Sequence record: NC_061448.1
Reading direction: 5' to 3' (one strand)
DNA: 64,000 nucleotides
Shown here: positions 53,044 through 62,360 of the stretch, piece after piece
Numbering within the stretch: position 1 is the first letter of the stretch
Layout: each line of letters starts with the position of its first letter
Program-made: the position numbers and the translations under genes
Notes under the pieces: model-generated
Seen by the model: the letters and a program-made list of their open reading frames with translations, nothing else
What the model was told of the DNA's origin: nothing
The model's database searches: none

Positions 53044-54986
53044 TCCAGTTTGTATTTGCTCTTGAACTCCGCAATGCTCATAACAGGAATGCCCTTGTCA
53101 ATCGCTTTCTGTAGCTTCGCGGAACCAGAGCCAGGGTCTTTAGCAATCAGAATCGACGTGTCTGCTTTCATGCCGTCAGAGGCAACGCCACCGAGTTCGA
53201 CGATACGCTTCATCAGGTCACGGTCACGCACACCAGTGAATGCTACGTTAACGCCTTTGAGCTTGGAGCTAACCACTTTCACTTTCTTCGGTGCAACGAG
53301 AGTCACGTCCATCTCAACTGCCATGAGATAAGACTTAATCGCAGCGTCAGCAATCTGAGGCGCGAGCTTATCGACACCGTGCATACTGTTGATCTTGACA
53401 GTCAGGTCAGCAGTCTTCCCTTTCTTCAAATATGATTCGAGGTTAGGAATTGCATCGACAACCTTATCGAACGTTGTGTTAGCGCCACGCATGAAGAATG
53501 AAGCAGTAGCTTTGAGCCACGTATTCATCGGCACGCCAGCTTTCAACGCTTTCAGGTCTTTCGCCAACTGACGTCCACGAGAGTCACCAACGATCTCACG
53601 CAGCGTTGCCATAGGCGTCATGAACAATTGCTGCGGTGTTTTGATACCAGAAGCAACGAGCAGCTTACACGTACTCGGTCCTGTGTTCGCAACGTCAAGC
53701 CCTTTCAAGAACGAGCCAAGCATACGAGAGTCAGCAGCACTGGTCTTCGTCTTAGCAACGAACTCAACGCCATTGATCTTGTACTGTACGTCAGGCAGCT
53801 TAGGCTTCTTAGCAGGCTTGAGGATTTCCATGATGTATGGGATTACCTTGCCGCTTCGAATCAACTTAACCTTAGCGCCTGGTCCAAGAGGACGCTTAGG
53901 TCCCATGACAGCACCTTTCTTCTTCGACTTGAGATAGCCGTGCTCAACGTAGAAGCCGTTGTGCGCAGAAGCACGTTCAACCGTAACACCACCTGGCATA
54001 ACAGTAGGCGGGAAGATTGCAACAGGCGCAAGCACACCGTACTTGGACTCTTGATAGATTACGTCTTTGACAGTCACGATAACAGTGTCTGCCTCAACGT
54101 TCATCTTGAACTTGAAAGCGTGTTTAGGGTTAGACGCAGTTGCTTTAGGCGTAGGAACATCACGGGTCATTACGATACCGTCGAGTTCATACTTCGCTTT
54201 GGCAATGCGCTTGTCCAGCCAAGGAATGAGTTCTTCTTCCGATTCAAAACGCAGAGGACCGAAGTGACGAACCACCTCGAATCCCCATTTCTCTAACAGC
54301 TTGAACTGCGAAGACTGTTTGAGTGTAGCGCCTTTACCTCCGATGATACCGAAGCACACCATGTGGACGTACTTGAACTCTTTCGCTGTCTCAAAGTTAC
54401 GCACCAGACCGGATGCAGCATTACGTGCAGCTTTGAAGCGGCCACCAGCAGATTCATGCAGCTTCGCCATAAAGGTCTTGTACGGAATCAGCGCTTCACA
54501 ACGCAACACGACTTGACCTTTCTCAGAGATTTTCTGAGGGATACGCATAGCAGGTAAATGCTGGGACACGTCTTTACCGTGAGTAGCATCGCCACGAGTC
54601 AGCGCACGAACAGGTACGCCTTTCTCATAAACGATTTCAATACTCAGGCCATCGAGCTTATCAGTGAGAACCCAGTCAACGTCTTCGGCCAGAGCTTTAG
54701 ACAATTGTTTACCGCCGAGAACGAACTGATCAAGACTCGCCATTGGAACAGGCAGCTTAACGTCCGAGTCATCACGCGCACCGACTTTACGCGCCAGCTT
54801 AGACTTAGGCCAGCGCTTGTCGATGTAGTTACGGATGTAGTCGTACACAGCGTCCGATATCAGACCCTCAGAGTCAGTGTGAAACGCATCGTCGAGATGC
54901 GCCACCAGCTTCGTCGCTTGAGTCAGATTAAGCATGTCCAGAACCTTATCAGGATTCTTTTCAAGCCGCTTCAAAGAGATTTGCAT
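53040..54986 (-). CDS. ligA: NAD-dependent DNA ligase (start revised to MQISL)
   Basis: ISDAVYD (domain Ia), KLDG, ALTRGD...G.DV, ELDGIV, AFKFK, LIRSGKVIP, C-terminal BRCT (VAFTG); Zn-finger cysteines absent. Confidence 0.93.
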   Translation of the reverse strand: MQISLKRLEKNPDKVLDMLNLTQATKLVAHLDDAFHTDSEGLISDAVYDYIRNYIDKRWPKSKLARKVGARDDSDVKLPVPMASLDQFVLGGKQLSKALAEDVDWVLTDKLDGLSIEIVYEKGVPVRALTRGDATHGKDVSQHLPAMRIPQKISEKGQVVLRCEALIPYKTFMAKLHESAGGRFKAARNAASGLVRNFETAKEFKYVHMVCFGIIGGKGATLKQSSQFKLLEKWGFEVVRHFGPLRFESEEELIPWLDKRIAKAKYELDGIVMTRDVPTPKATASNPKHAFKFKMNVEADTVIVTVKDVIYQESKYGVLAPVAIFPPTVMPGGVTVERASAHNGFYVEHGYLKSKKKGAVMGPKRPLGPGAKVKLIRSGKVIPYIMEILKPAKKPKLPDVQYKINGVEFVAKTKTSAADSRMLGSFLKGLDVANTGPSTCKLLVASGIKTPQQLFMTPMATLREIVGDSRGRQLAKDLKALKAGVPMNTWLKATASFFMRGANTTFDKVVDAIPNLESYLKKGKTADLTVKINSMHGVDKLAPQIADAAIKSYLMAVEMDVTLVAPKKVKVVSSKLKGVNVAFTGVRDRDLMKRIVELGGVASDGMKADTSILIAKDPGSGSAKLQKAIDKGIPVMSIAEFKSKYKLE

Positions 54987-55025
54987 GATTTTCTCCAATC
55001 GTCATTAACACTGTCATTTACAGTC

Positions 55026-56855
55026 TTAACTGGCGATAGGGTCTTTGTTGACAGGGAAGTCTTCGGTCATGTCGAGCACACGATTGAACAGCTTAGGTGC
55101 CATGTCTTTCACATGTTCCGCATAATCGAAGAGGTTCTGTTTACGCGCACGGTTCACACGCACCTGACGTACTTCATCAGGGCTGTTTGTAATGTCGTAC
55201 AGCGTATAGATGACGATGTTATCAGAGGTCGAGTGCGTACTAACTCGGACGATAACCCAATCACGATTGAGCTTCGCATCTGCCTTGAATTTAAGCACGT
55301 CGCCTTCTTCTGCTTCCTCAGCGCGGTGTTGAGGAGTAGATTTGTTGGCAGCAGCAATCTTCTTGGCAGTCTCTTTCGCTTCCTGCTCTGCGGCAGCAAC
55401 GTCAGAGTCCGTGTCTTCGTCAGCTTCGGTTTCGTCTACAGCGTCAGAGGCGTCAGCGGATTCATCCTCCTCCGAATCCTCGTCTTCTCCATCTTCATCT
55501 TCGCTATCAGCTCCTTCGTCGTCAGCGGCGTCATCATCCACAGATTCGTCGTCTGCGTCTGAATCGGTGTCCCCATCATCTGCATCATCAGCATCTGGAT
55601 CGCTATCGTCAGTGTCTTCTTCTGCATCAGGGTCTTCCTCTTCTTCGACAGGTGCAGCGGCTTTCTTACCGGCCTTAGCACGAACTTTCTTAGGAGGCAC
55701 GTCTTCTTCGTCCTCTTCTGGCTCGTCAATGTCTGACAGGTCCAGAGCAGGTTCGTCATGGTCCTGCGAATCATCGCCACCAAACAGAGAACCTATAGAG
55801 TCTTCGATGTTAAACGCATCGCCAGCGAACGGGCTACGTGCAAGAATATCTTCGAGCTTCTGCTCGTCGAGGTCCGCGTCGATTTCGACTTCTTCGATTT
55901 CATCATCCAAGATTTCTTCCTCGATTACACGAATACGCTTGCCACGTTTATCAACACCGTCTTCGTAGACAGTACGCACTTCTGGCTTATCGATCTCAAC
56001 TTCACCAGAACGCACTTTCTTACGCAGCGAACTAAGCTCGGACTCTCGTTCGTGCTTCTTCTTGTTCGCTTCTTTCTGTAGCTCTTTGCGTTGCTGCTTC
56101 TGCTCCAGAATTTTGGCGTTGTTCGCAAGGCGTTGGGCTTCCTGTTCTTCCTCAGCAGAACGACGACGAGCACGACGCACTACGCGACGATATGCTTTAA
56201 CGTCATCAGCAGTCAGAACACCTTTCGGCCAATCGTTGAACGGCAGGATGTTGGTGTCATGTACAATCAGGTCGTATTGAGCATCATCGACTTTAAGGAA
56301 CATACCCTCAGAGTTAATGACGATACCACCTTTGCCTGGGCGCATGAAGCGCACACCAATCATGTCGTTCTTGTATAGCTTGGTCATACCCTTAGAGGTC
56401 TTCACAGGGTATTCAGGGCTTGCAACCATACGCCACTGATAGTTGTCGAAGTTAACGCCGTACACCGACTCAGATGGAACACGACGCGGCGAGAAGCGGG
56501 CAGCATCGAACTGACTGCGGTTGAGTTGACGTTCCATCGTCTTAGCACCAGCAGTCTTAGTGCGGCCAGCAGTCTCACGATTAACAACGTCAGGTACTTT
56601 GCGCAACTTCGATGCACGTTCCATCAGGAACAGGCCAGCAGCTTTGTCGAGTGGGAAGTCAACATGCGGCATATCAGGGAAAATCAGAGTGTAGCGTCCG
56701 CCATTACGCAGCGGGAGAATACCGAAGATATCACCTTCACGAATCATGCGCTTATGAGTTCGTTGGGATACTTCTTTTCCGCGTGAACCTGTATACTTCA
56801 TCCACGCGTACTTCGATACGGCATCGCTATAGGATGCAGATACGGAAAGTACCAT
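55026..56855 (-). CDS. Acidic protein (609 aa; start revised to MVLSV) with two copies of the shared domain, a coiled coil and a D/E tract
   Basis: ORF track; long D/E-rich region; N-terminal LSVSAS. Confidence 0.7.
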   Translation of the reverse strand: MVLSVSASYSDAVSKYAWMKYTGSRGKEVSQRTHKRMIREGDIFGILPLRNGGRYTLIFPDMPHVDFPLDKAAGLFLMERASKLRKVPDVVNRETAGRTKTAGAKTMERQLNRSQFDAARFSPRRVPSESVYGVNFDNYQWRMVASPEYPVKTSKGMTKLYKNDMIGVRFMRPGKGGIVINSEGMFLKVDDAQYDLIVHDTNILPFNDWPKGVLTADDVKAYRRVVRRARRRSAEEEQEAQRLANNAKILEQKQQRKELQKEANKKKHERESELSSLRKKVRSGEVEIDKPEVRTVYEDGVDKRGKRIRVIEEEILDDEIEEVEIDADLDEQKLEDILARSPFAGDAFNIEDSIGSLFGGDDSQDHDEPALDLSDIDEPEEDEEDVPPKKVRAKAGKKAAAPVEEEEDPDAEEDTDDSDPDADDADDGDTDSDADDESVDDDAADDEGADSEDEDGEDEDSEEDESADASDAVDETEADEDTDSDVAAAEQEAKETAKKIAAANKSTPQHRAEEAEEGDVLKFKADAKLNRDWVIVRVSTHSTSDNIVIYTLYDITNSPDEVRQVRVNRARKQNLFDYAEHVKDMAPKLFNRVLDMTEDFPVNKDPIAS

Positions 56856-56888
56856 GTTATTGTCTCTATGTTGTACAAACACTCGTTG

Positions 56889-56896
56889 AAATTAGC
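56889..56896 (-). promoter_or_regulatory. Candidate late promoter motif GCTAATTT
   Basis: After a terminator, 34 nt upstream of the revised start. Confidence 0.65.
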
Positions 56897-56907
56897 TTGC
56901 GCGAGGT

Positions 56908-56930
56908 AAAGCGGGGATTAACCCCCGCTC
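56908..56930 (-). terminator. Probable intrinsic terminator overlapping the stop of the 1393-aa gene
   Basis: Minus strand GCGGGG-GUUAAU-CCCCGC-UUUA. Confidence 0.6.
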
Positions 56931-59900
56931 AAATATCCTCTCGCGGCACAAGACATAGAGCCACAAGATTCTTCGCACACGGTAATCTGTGCCCACGTCC
57001 AGTAACCGTTAGGCTGCTGGATAGCATAGACCATAGAAGGATCGAAGCCCCAGACCTGCGTAGCGTTCTGCAACGCGTCAAGTTCAGTTGCATAGTAGCC
57101 CTCTTCAAGCGGCTTATCAATCGAACCGTGGTTAGGCTCAACCGTCCATGCTTCGACAACAGGCGCAAGAACAGCGTAAGGCTTGCTGGTGGCTCTGCGT
57201 GTCTTCTGAATCTCTACACGAATCGGTTTAGGCGTAACAGGATTACCTGCCTTACACGCAACAGAAATAACTCTGTCTGTGTTGACCTGACGATTTTGAA
57301 GCTCCTCAGTCTTACCGCTGCGACTCGACTGGATGAACTGACTCTCAATCAAGTGCTTGTACACGGTAGGCGTGTCTACAGTATGCGGGGCAAATGCTTC
57401 GTGATCGCCAGCAACTGCTTTCAGATGATAGAAGTCACTCGGTGCCGGTGCTACTGGGTACTGAACAGGCTCTTTCATCCACTGAGGATCAGACGGCTCG
57501 TAGTGATAATACACAGGAGCAGGCATACGACGCACAAACGGTATTTCAGGAATGAACAGAACAGCAGGGTGGTAGATTGGGTCAACGTACTTCGCAACGT
57601 GAGCACCGACTTGATACGTCACAGTTGCCGGAACCCATTGAGGTCTAGCCCAGCCGATTTGATACACAGCACTTGGTGGAACGTACTGCGCTTCTGTCAT
57701 ATCCTGCTGATACAGGCCACCACCGGATGCTTGACGAGGCAGTGTAGAACCACCGTCATACAATCCTAGGTTATCTACCTTACGTGGAGTGAGAGCGTCA
57801 GCAGGGTAGATGCCTTTATCGTTTGCGAACTTCGGCAGAATCTGATCTGACTTAGCCTTGATAGAAGAACGATACTCAGGGCTACGCAGATCGAAATACT
57901 GAGGCTCGTCGTCCATGTGCTCAACGAAGTTATTAATGAAGGTGTCACTAACAACATACAGAGCTTCGGTGAAGTCAGGCCAGAACGTATCTACAACAAC
58001 ACCTGTACCGTCGATGAATGAAGCACTGAACTCGTCAGATACAACGTCAGCACCAACAGTCGCCTCAAACAGAGGGAACTCAGCGACAGTATCTTCCTGC
58101 CCCACAGTCAGTTCAAACAACGGGAACGTATCGGACGTTACGCTCTCTGTCTTATCGACAAATGCAGGCAGAGGCATTGTCGTAATGACGTCCTTCTGGC
58201 CTTGCGTCAGTTCAAACAAGTCGAACTTGTCGAGCACAATATCAGAACGTGCAATCAGGTCGAACATGCGGAAGTTATCCACAAAGTCCTTCTGACCTGT
58301 ATCGAACTCAGGCCCAGCGATAATCTGCTTATCAACTGTATCACCTGCTTCAATCGTGCGAACCACTGCACCGTCAGTGTGCGTTTGACCTTGTTCGAAG
58401 TCGAACCACTGGAGCTGCACTTCAAGGTCATTGTCAAACTCAGGCTCAAGGTTAACGCTGTGAGTACCTGCACCGATGAACGTCTTCTCGGTGACAGTGA
58501 CTGCCTCTGCCACAGCATCGAGATGCGTAACGTCGAAGATCTGCACAGAGTCAGTAGCGTATGCCGTGTACGACGGATCGACCGTCATATCATACAGCCA
58601 ACCGAACGGCGCATTACCAAACATCAACGTGTGCGGTTGATCATGCGACGGCAGACCGTAGATTTTGAGCATCGTGTCTGCGCACTCGAACGGACCCATT
58701 ACAAGGCCTTGCTCTTTGTACACGCCGCGAGAGTCCAGGTCGACGACGACACGCACACCATCAACGTCAAGCAACATGCCAGCAGGAACAGTGAAGTACG
58801 TCCAGAAGTTATCTGGGATGTTGTCGATGAACAGATCACCGCTGTCGCCCATAACATAACGCTCTGCGCGTTTAGTCGGAGCTGGTGTGCCTAACCATTC
58901 TGCATCTGCCCACACGTACCATTCATAGCTGAACTGATCAGAGTGGAACTTGATCGTGTACTGCTTGTTTTCAGGAGGCGTGAACTTAATGCTGGTCGTT
59001 CCATTCACAGGCACAGTGACAGTCGTACTACCGTTGGCAAACACAGCACCGTCAGGCGAGTCGATAGTCAACGTCAGCGGAATAGTGCCGGTGTTCTTGA
59101 ACGTATCGGATTTGACTTCTTTACCGATAGGCATGTATGCCCAGTGGCGGCCAACATCAATCTGCGCTTCGACAATCGTATAGATACCGAAACGAGAAGT
59201 GCCCTGACCAACATCTACGTCAATGCGCGATGTGTTGTTCTCATGCAGAATTTCGAAGCCGAGCTTTTGATTATTGCGAATGAGCACAGGCATTGCTGTC
59301 TCTACACCATCCACAAAGATCTTAACGCGGTCGTAGTCTTCCTGACCATCAATCAACACAGAGACAGGCACAGCAACGTTAATACCGCTGATGGTTACGT
59401 CTTCGGTGCGATTCCAAGTGTCGTTGTCAACACCCAGAATGTTCTGCCACGAGAAAGCGTTAGGCGTATCGTCAGCTTTCATCTCGAACTGATAAACAGA
59501 ACGCCCGATAGAAATAGGGAACGATGTGCTGGTGATGTACGCATGACTCAACGTGATAGTAACTTCCTGACCGTCGTACACTTTCGTCACAGGCACGGTC
59601 GTGGTAGTAGTGACTTCTTTACCGTCAACAATATCAGTCGTGGTGACGTCAATCGTAGCAGCAACAGTCACACCAGCAGGTGCCGTGATAGGCAGTGCAA
59701 TATCCGGGTCACCTGCATCGACAATCACTTTGAACGTTACAGACGGACCCAAGTTGATGTTGCTCAGGTCAGGCATGTTCACAGTGTAGTCACGAATGGT
59801 CAGGTGTTTCAGACCAGTAGTAGGACGTGCTGCGTAATAGAACAGACGGTCGTATGTATCTTCCTGAGTGTATGGCGGTGTCAGGAGTTCAACATAAGGC

Positions 59901-61099
59901 CAACCAGAGCGTGTCTGAGTAGGCGTGTCAGTCGTAGCGAAGTCGAACAGCGCATTGCTACCGTTCGTGTCCATACCAGAAACTAACTTGCCACCAGCAG
60001 CAGACCAAGCAGCAGTCGTGTTGAACACAACAAGGTCGTTGGCAACAAGAGGACGAGCAGCAACGTTCTGTACGTTATCACGGATGTTGAACTGATAAAC
60101 GTTTGTACCCTCGTGACCGAAGACAAGCAATGAACTCGGTATGAACTGATACCAGAAGACGTTAGCAGGAGCGGCAGCAGTGTTACCACCCACCAGCTTA
60201 CCGTCAAGCGTTGACAGCACATCATAACTATCGGAGCCGTTGACGTAGAACTTGTCAGACTTAACTGACGTTTCAACGAACGAGGCATTCAGGTAATGCG
60301 CACGTCCATCTTGGTCAAACGCAACGTAGCTATCGACAGTGTTTGAACCAACACCAGCACGACGACACACAACACGGTTGACTGTATAGCCAAGCTGTTT
60401 AGGTTCACCGAACTGCGTCATCGCTTCATCAAGCACGTCTACCTGACCGGACTTGTGGAAGACTACTGCGCTGCGCTTTCCGGTTGCGTCGTAACTGATC
60501 TTATAGCCAGCAATATCAACGTTGTACATCGCACCGAACACTTTCGTATTCGACACATCACCGTCAGTGTGGATATAGTACAGGGTACGTGCCACGCGGT
60601 CGTGAACGATTGATATCGGTTTAGTCAGATCAAAGAAGGTGGAATCGAAGTCCGAGAACTTCGCCACGCTACCCTGCTGCATATCCTGCACAGTGGGAAT
60701 ACGAACACCACCGCCAAGGACAAGACCACCATACGTAGGGTTGACGGCAGCGCCAAGAGGCATAGCGTCCATACCCTGAGTAACCAGACGATAGTCCAGC
60801 TCTTTCGTTTGTGGTCGGACAAAGATACGAGACATAGAATGCACAAGCATCCACAAGTCACCGTCTTTGTAGTAAAGCAGAACAGGTTGCGTAGCAGAGG
60901 CATCGACCGTGACAGTAGCAATCAAGCTAACTGGATAGTCAGAACCAGAACTCGGCGCGATATCCTTTTCAGTTGTTGCATCAGCAAACGTACCGCCAAC
61001 TACACGAAACGTCAGCGTGTCAGTGTGACTCTGGATTGTTGCACTACCAGACCACGACTGTGCACCTGTTGCTGATACTACAGGAATCATTTCAGCCAT
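56918..61099 (-). CDS. Large virion structural protein (1393 aa)
   Basis: Beta-rich, Thr/Val/Asp-rich; degenerate internal repeats; Cys-rich C-terminus. Confidence 0.65.
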   Translation of the reverse strand: MAEMIPVVSATGAQSWSGSATIQSHTDTLTFRVVGGTFADATTEKDIAPSSGSDYPVSLIATVTVDASATQPVLLYYKDGDLWMLVHSMSRIFVRPQTKELDYRLVTQGMDAMPLGAAVNPTYGGLVLGGGVRIPTVQDMQQGSVAKFSDFDSTFFDLTKPISIVHDRVARTLYYIHTDGDVSNTKVFGAMYNVDIAGYKISYDATGKRSAVVFHKSGQVDVLDEAMTQFGEPKQLGYTVNRVVCRRAGVGSNTVDSYVAFDQDGRAHYLNASFVETSVKSDKFYVNGSDSYDVLSTLDGKLVGGNTAAAPANVFWYQFIPSSLLVFGHEGTNVYQFNIRDNVQNVAARPLVANDLVVFNTTAAWSAAGGKLVSGMDTNGSNALFDFATTDTPTQTRSGWPYVELLTPPYTQEDTYDRLFYYAARPTTGLKHLTIRDYTVNMPDLSNINLGPSVTFKVIVDAGDPDIALPITAPAGVTVAATIDVTTTDIVDGKEVTTTTTVPVTKVYDGQEVTITLSHAYITSTSFPISIGRSVYQFEMKADDTPNAFSWQNILGVDNDTWNRTEDVTISGINVAVPVSVLIDGQEDYDRVKIFVDGVETAMPVLIRNNQKLGFEILHENNTSRIDVDVGQGTSRFGIYTIVEAQIDVGRHWAYMPIGKEVKSDTFKNTGTIPLTLTIDSPDGAVFANGSTTVTVPVNGTTSIKFTPPENKQYTIKFHSDQFSYEWYVWADAEWLGTPAPTKRAERYVMGDSGDLFIDNIPDNFWTYFTVPAGMLLDVDGVRVVVDLDSRGVYKEQGLVMGPFECADTMLKIYGLPSHDQPHTLMFGNAPFGWLYDMTVDPSYTAYATDSVQIFDVTHLDAVAEAVTVTEKTFIGAGTHSVNLEPEFDNDLEVQLQWFDFEQGQTHTDGAVVRTIEAGDTVDKQIIAGPEFDTGQKDFVDNFRMFDLIARSDIVLDKFDLFELTQGQKDVITTMPLPAFVDKTESVTSDTFPLFELTVGQEDTVAEFPLFEATVGADVVSDEFSASFIDGTGVVVDTFWPDFTEALYVVSDTFINNFVEHMDDEPQYFDLRSPEYRSSIKAKSDQILPKFANDKGIYPADALTPRKVDNLGLYDGGSTLPRQASGGGLYQQDMTEAQYVPPSAVYQIGWARPQWVPATVTYQVGAHVAKYVDPIYHPAVLFIPEIPFVRRMPAPVYYHYEPSDPQWMKEPVQYPVAPAPSDFYHLKAVAGDHEAFAPHTVDTPTVYKHLIESQFIQSSRSGKTEELQNRQVNTDRVISVACKAGNPVTPKPIRVEIQKTRRATSKPYAVLAPVVEAWTVEPNHGSIDKPLEEGYYATELDALQNATQVWGFDPSMVYAIQQPNGYWTWAQITVCEESCGSMSCAARGYLSGG

Positions 61100-61123
61100 T
61101 GTTCACCTCACGATGCGGAAACT

Positions 61124-61147
61124 AAAAAGGGCGCCCGAAGGCACCCT
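61124..61147 (-). terminator. Intrinsic terminator with UUCG loop
   Basis: Minus strand AGGGUGCC-UUCG-GGCGCCCU-UUUU. Confidence 0.85.
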
Positions 61148-61154
61148 GTGAGGA

Positions 61155-62342
61155 TTAGGCTCCGGCGCCTGACTCAGGTTCTTTATAACCTTTAAGGAAG
61201 AATACACGCATACCGGTGTTGTTCGGACTGTTAGCAGTCAGAGCTTTGTAGGTACGCTTCTTCGCAGTGCTGCCATCGTCTTCGGTTTCGTTATACACCT
61301 GCACATCAATCTCAGTGCCGTTGGAGATAACGTCAGCAGACGCATAACCCACGATATCCATTTCGTACGGATAGCTGTAGCGCTGCGTGTTGAAGCCCGC
61401 AGGCAGACGGAAGTCGAAGTGGTTGTCTTCGGAGAACGGAACCATCTGATACGGGTTCAGTACAGCAGAGCTATCTGCACTGTGTACGTGTGCCGGTGCA
61501 GGTACAGTCGGCGCGTTCACATCAGACTCACGCACGGTGTAGCGCATGATCTGGAACGAACCAGGGCTGTTAGTTGCTGGGCGCACTTCAATATCGTTGT
61601 TGATAGAGCCACCACCGTTCACAGAGAACATGCAGAACAGAGGAGCTTTACCGTCAACGACCACAGTACCATCAGAGTTGATAGCACGTTGTACAACCAG
61701 CCACGAAGCGCGGCAACCGTCAGAGTCACGACCTTCAACACCGATATGCAGCGCGAAGCCGTGGTCAGTGAAGGACAGGTGATACGTGAACGGAGTCGCT
61801 TCCGGGTCAGCCCAAATCAGACTGTCCGTGTTCTGCTGACCGGCAGTAGATGTAGTGGCGTTGGTTGGATAAGCCATGGTGCCACCGTAGTACACGGTAT
61901 TGATACCCGCGCCAACGATGCCGCGATGATAGAAGCACACATCGTAGTCACCCGCAGAACCGCCAGTGCTGCCGTTATAGCGAGCGCCAATCTGACCTGC
62001 ATACTCAGGGAAAGAAGTACCGCCAGCAGAGATAGTGCCTGTCTTAGCGATAGTGCCAGTGTCGGAGATCTGCTCAGGCGCTGCGCAATACAGGTTAGTA
62101 CGCTTCTCAGTGCCTTTCATCGCAAAACGCCAGCGTTGCTTGCCAGCACCTGTGCCCGCCAGCGGGTCGATAGCGTTTGTCGCTTCCAGTACGAAAGACG
62201 CAAGGTCCGTCGAAGGGAGAGTAGAAGCGATAGTGCCGTTGTAGCTCACCAGAGAGAAGCCGTTGGCCATCATATCTTCGAGGATAGAACGCCACATTTT
62301 CAGGTTGCTGGTGAAGCCAGATTTCACAATCAGTTTGTTCAT
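61155..62342 (-). CDS. Abundant virion structural protein (395 aa), paralog of the 62361..63347 protein
   Basis: Shared PFTY....TDHG.ALHI..EG.D......SW.VVQR and PLF..FS..GG blocks; followed by a terminator. Confidence 0.65.
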   Translation of the reverse strand: MNKLIVKSGFTSNLKMWRSILEDMMANGFSLVSYNGTIASTLPSTDLASFVLEATNAIDPLAGTGAGKQRWRFAMKGTEKRTNLYCAAPEQISDTGTIAKTGTISAGGTSFPEYAGQIGARYNGSTGGSAGDYDVCFYHRGIVGAGINTVYYGGTMAYPTNATTSTAGQQNTDSLIWADPEATPFTYHLSFTDHGFALHIGVEGRDSDGCRASWLVVQRAINSDGTVVVDGKAPLFCMFSVNGGGSINNDIEVRPATNSPGSFQIMRYTVRESDVNAPTVPAPAHVHSADSSAVLNPYQMVPFSEDNHFDFRLPAGFNTQRYSYPYEMDIVGYASADVISNGTEIDVQVYNETEDDGSTAKKRTYKALTANSPNNTGMRVFFLKGYKEPESGAGA

Positions 62343-62360
62343 GAGTTGTTATCCCCTTAA

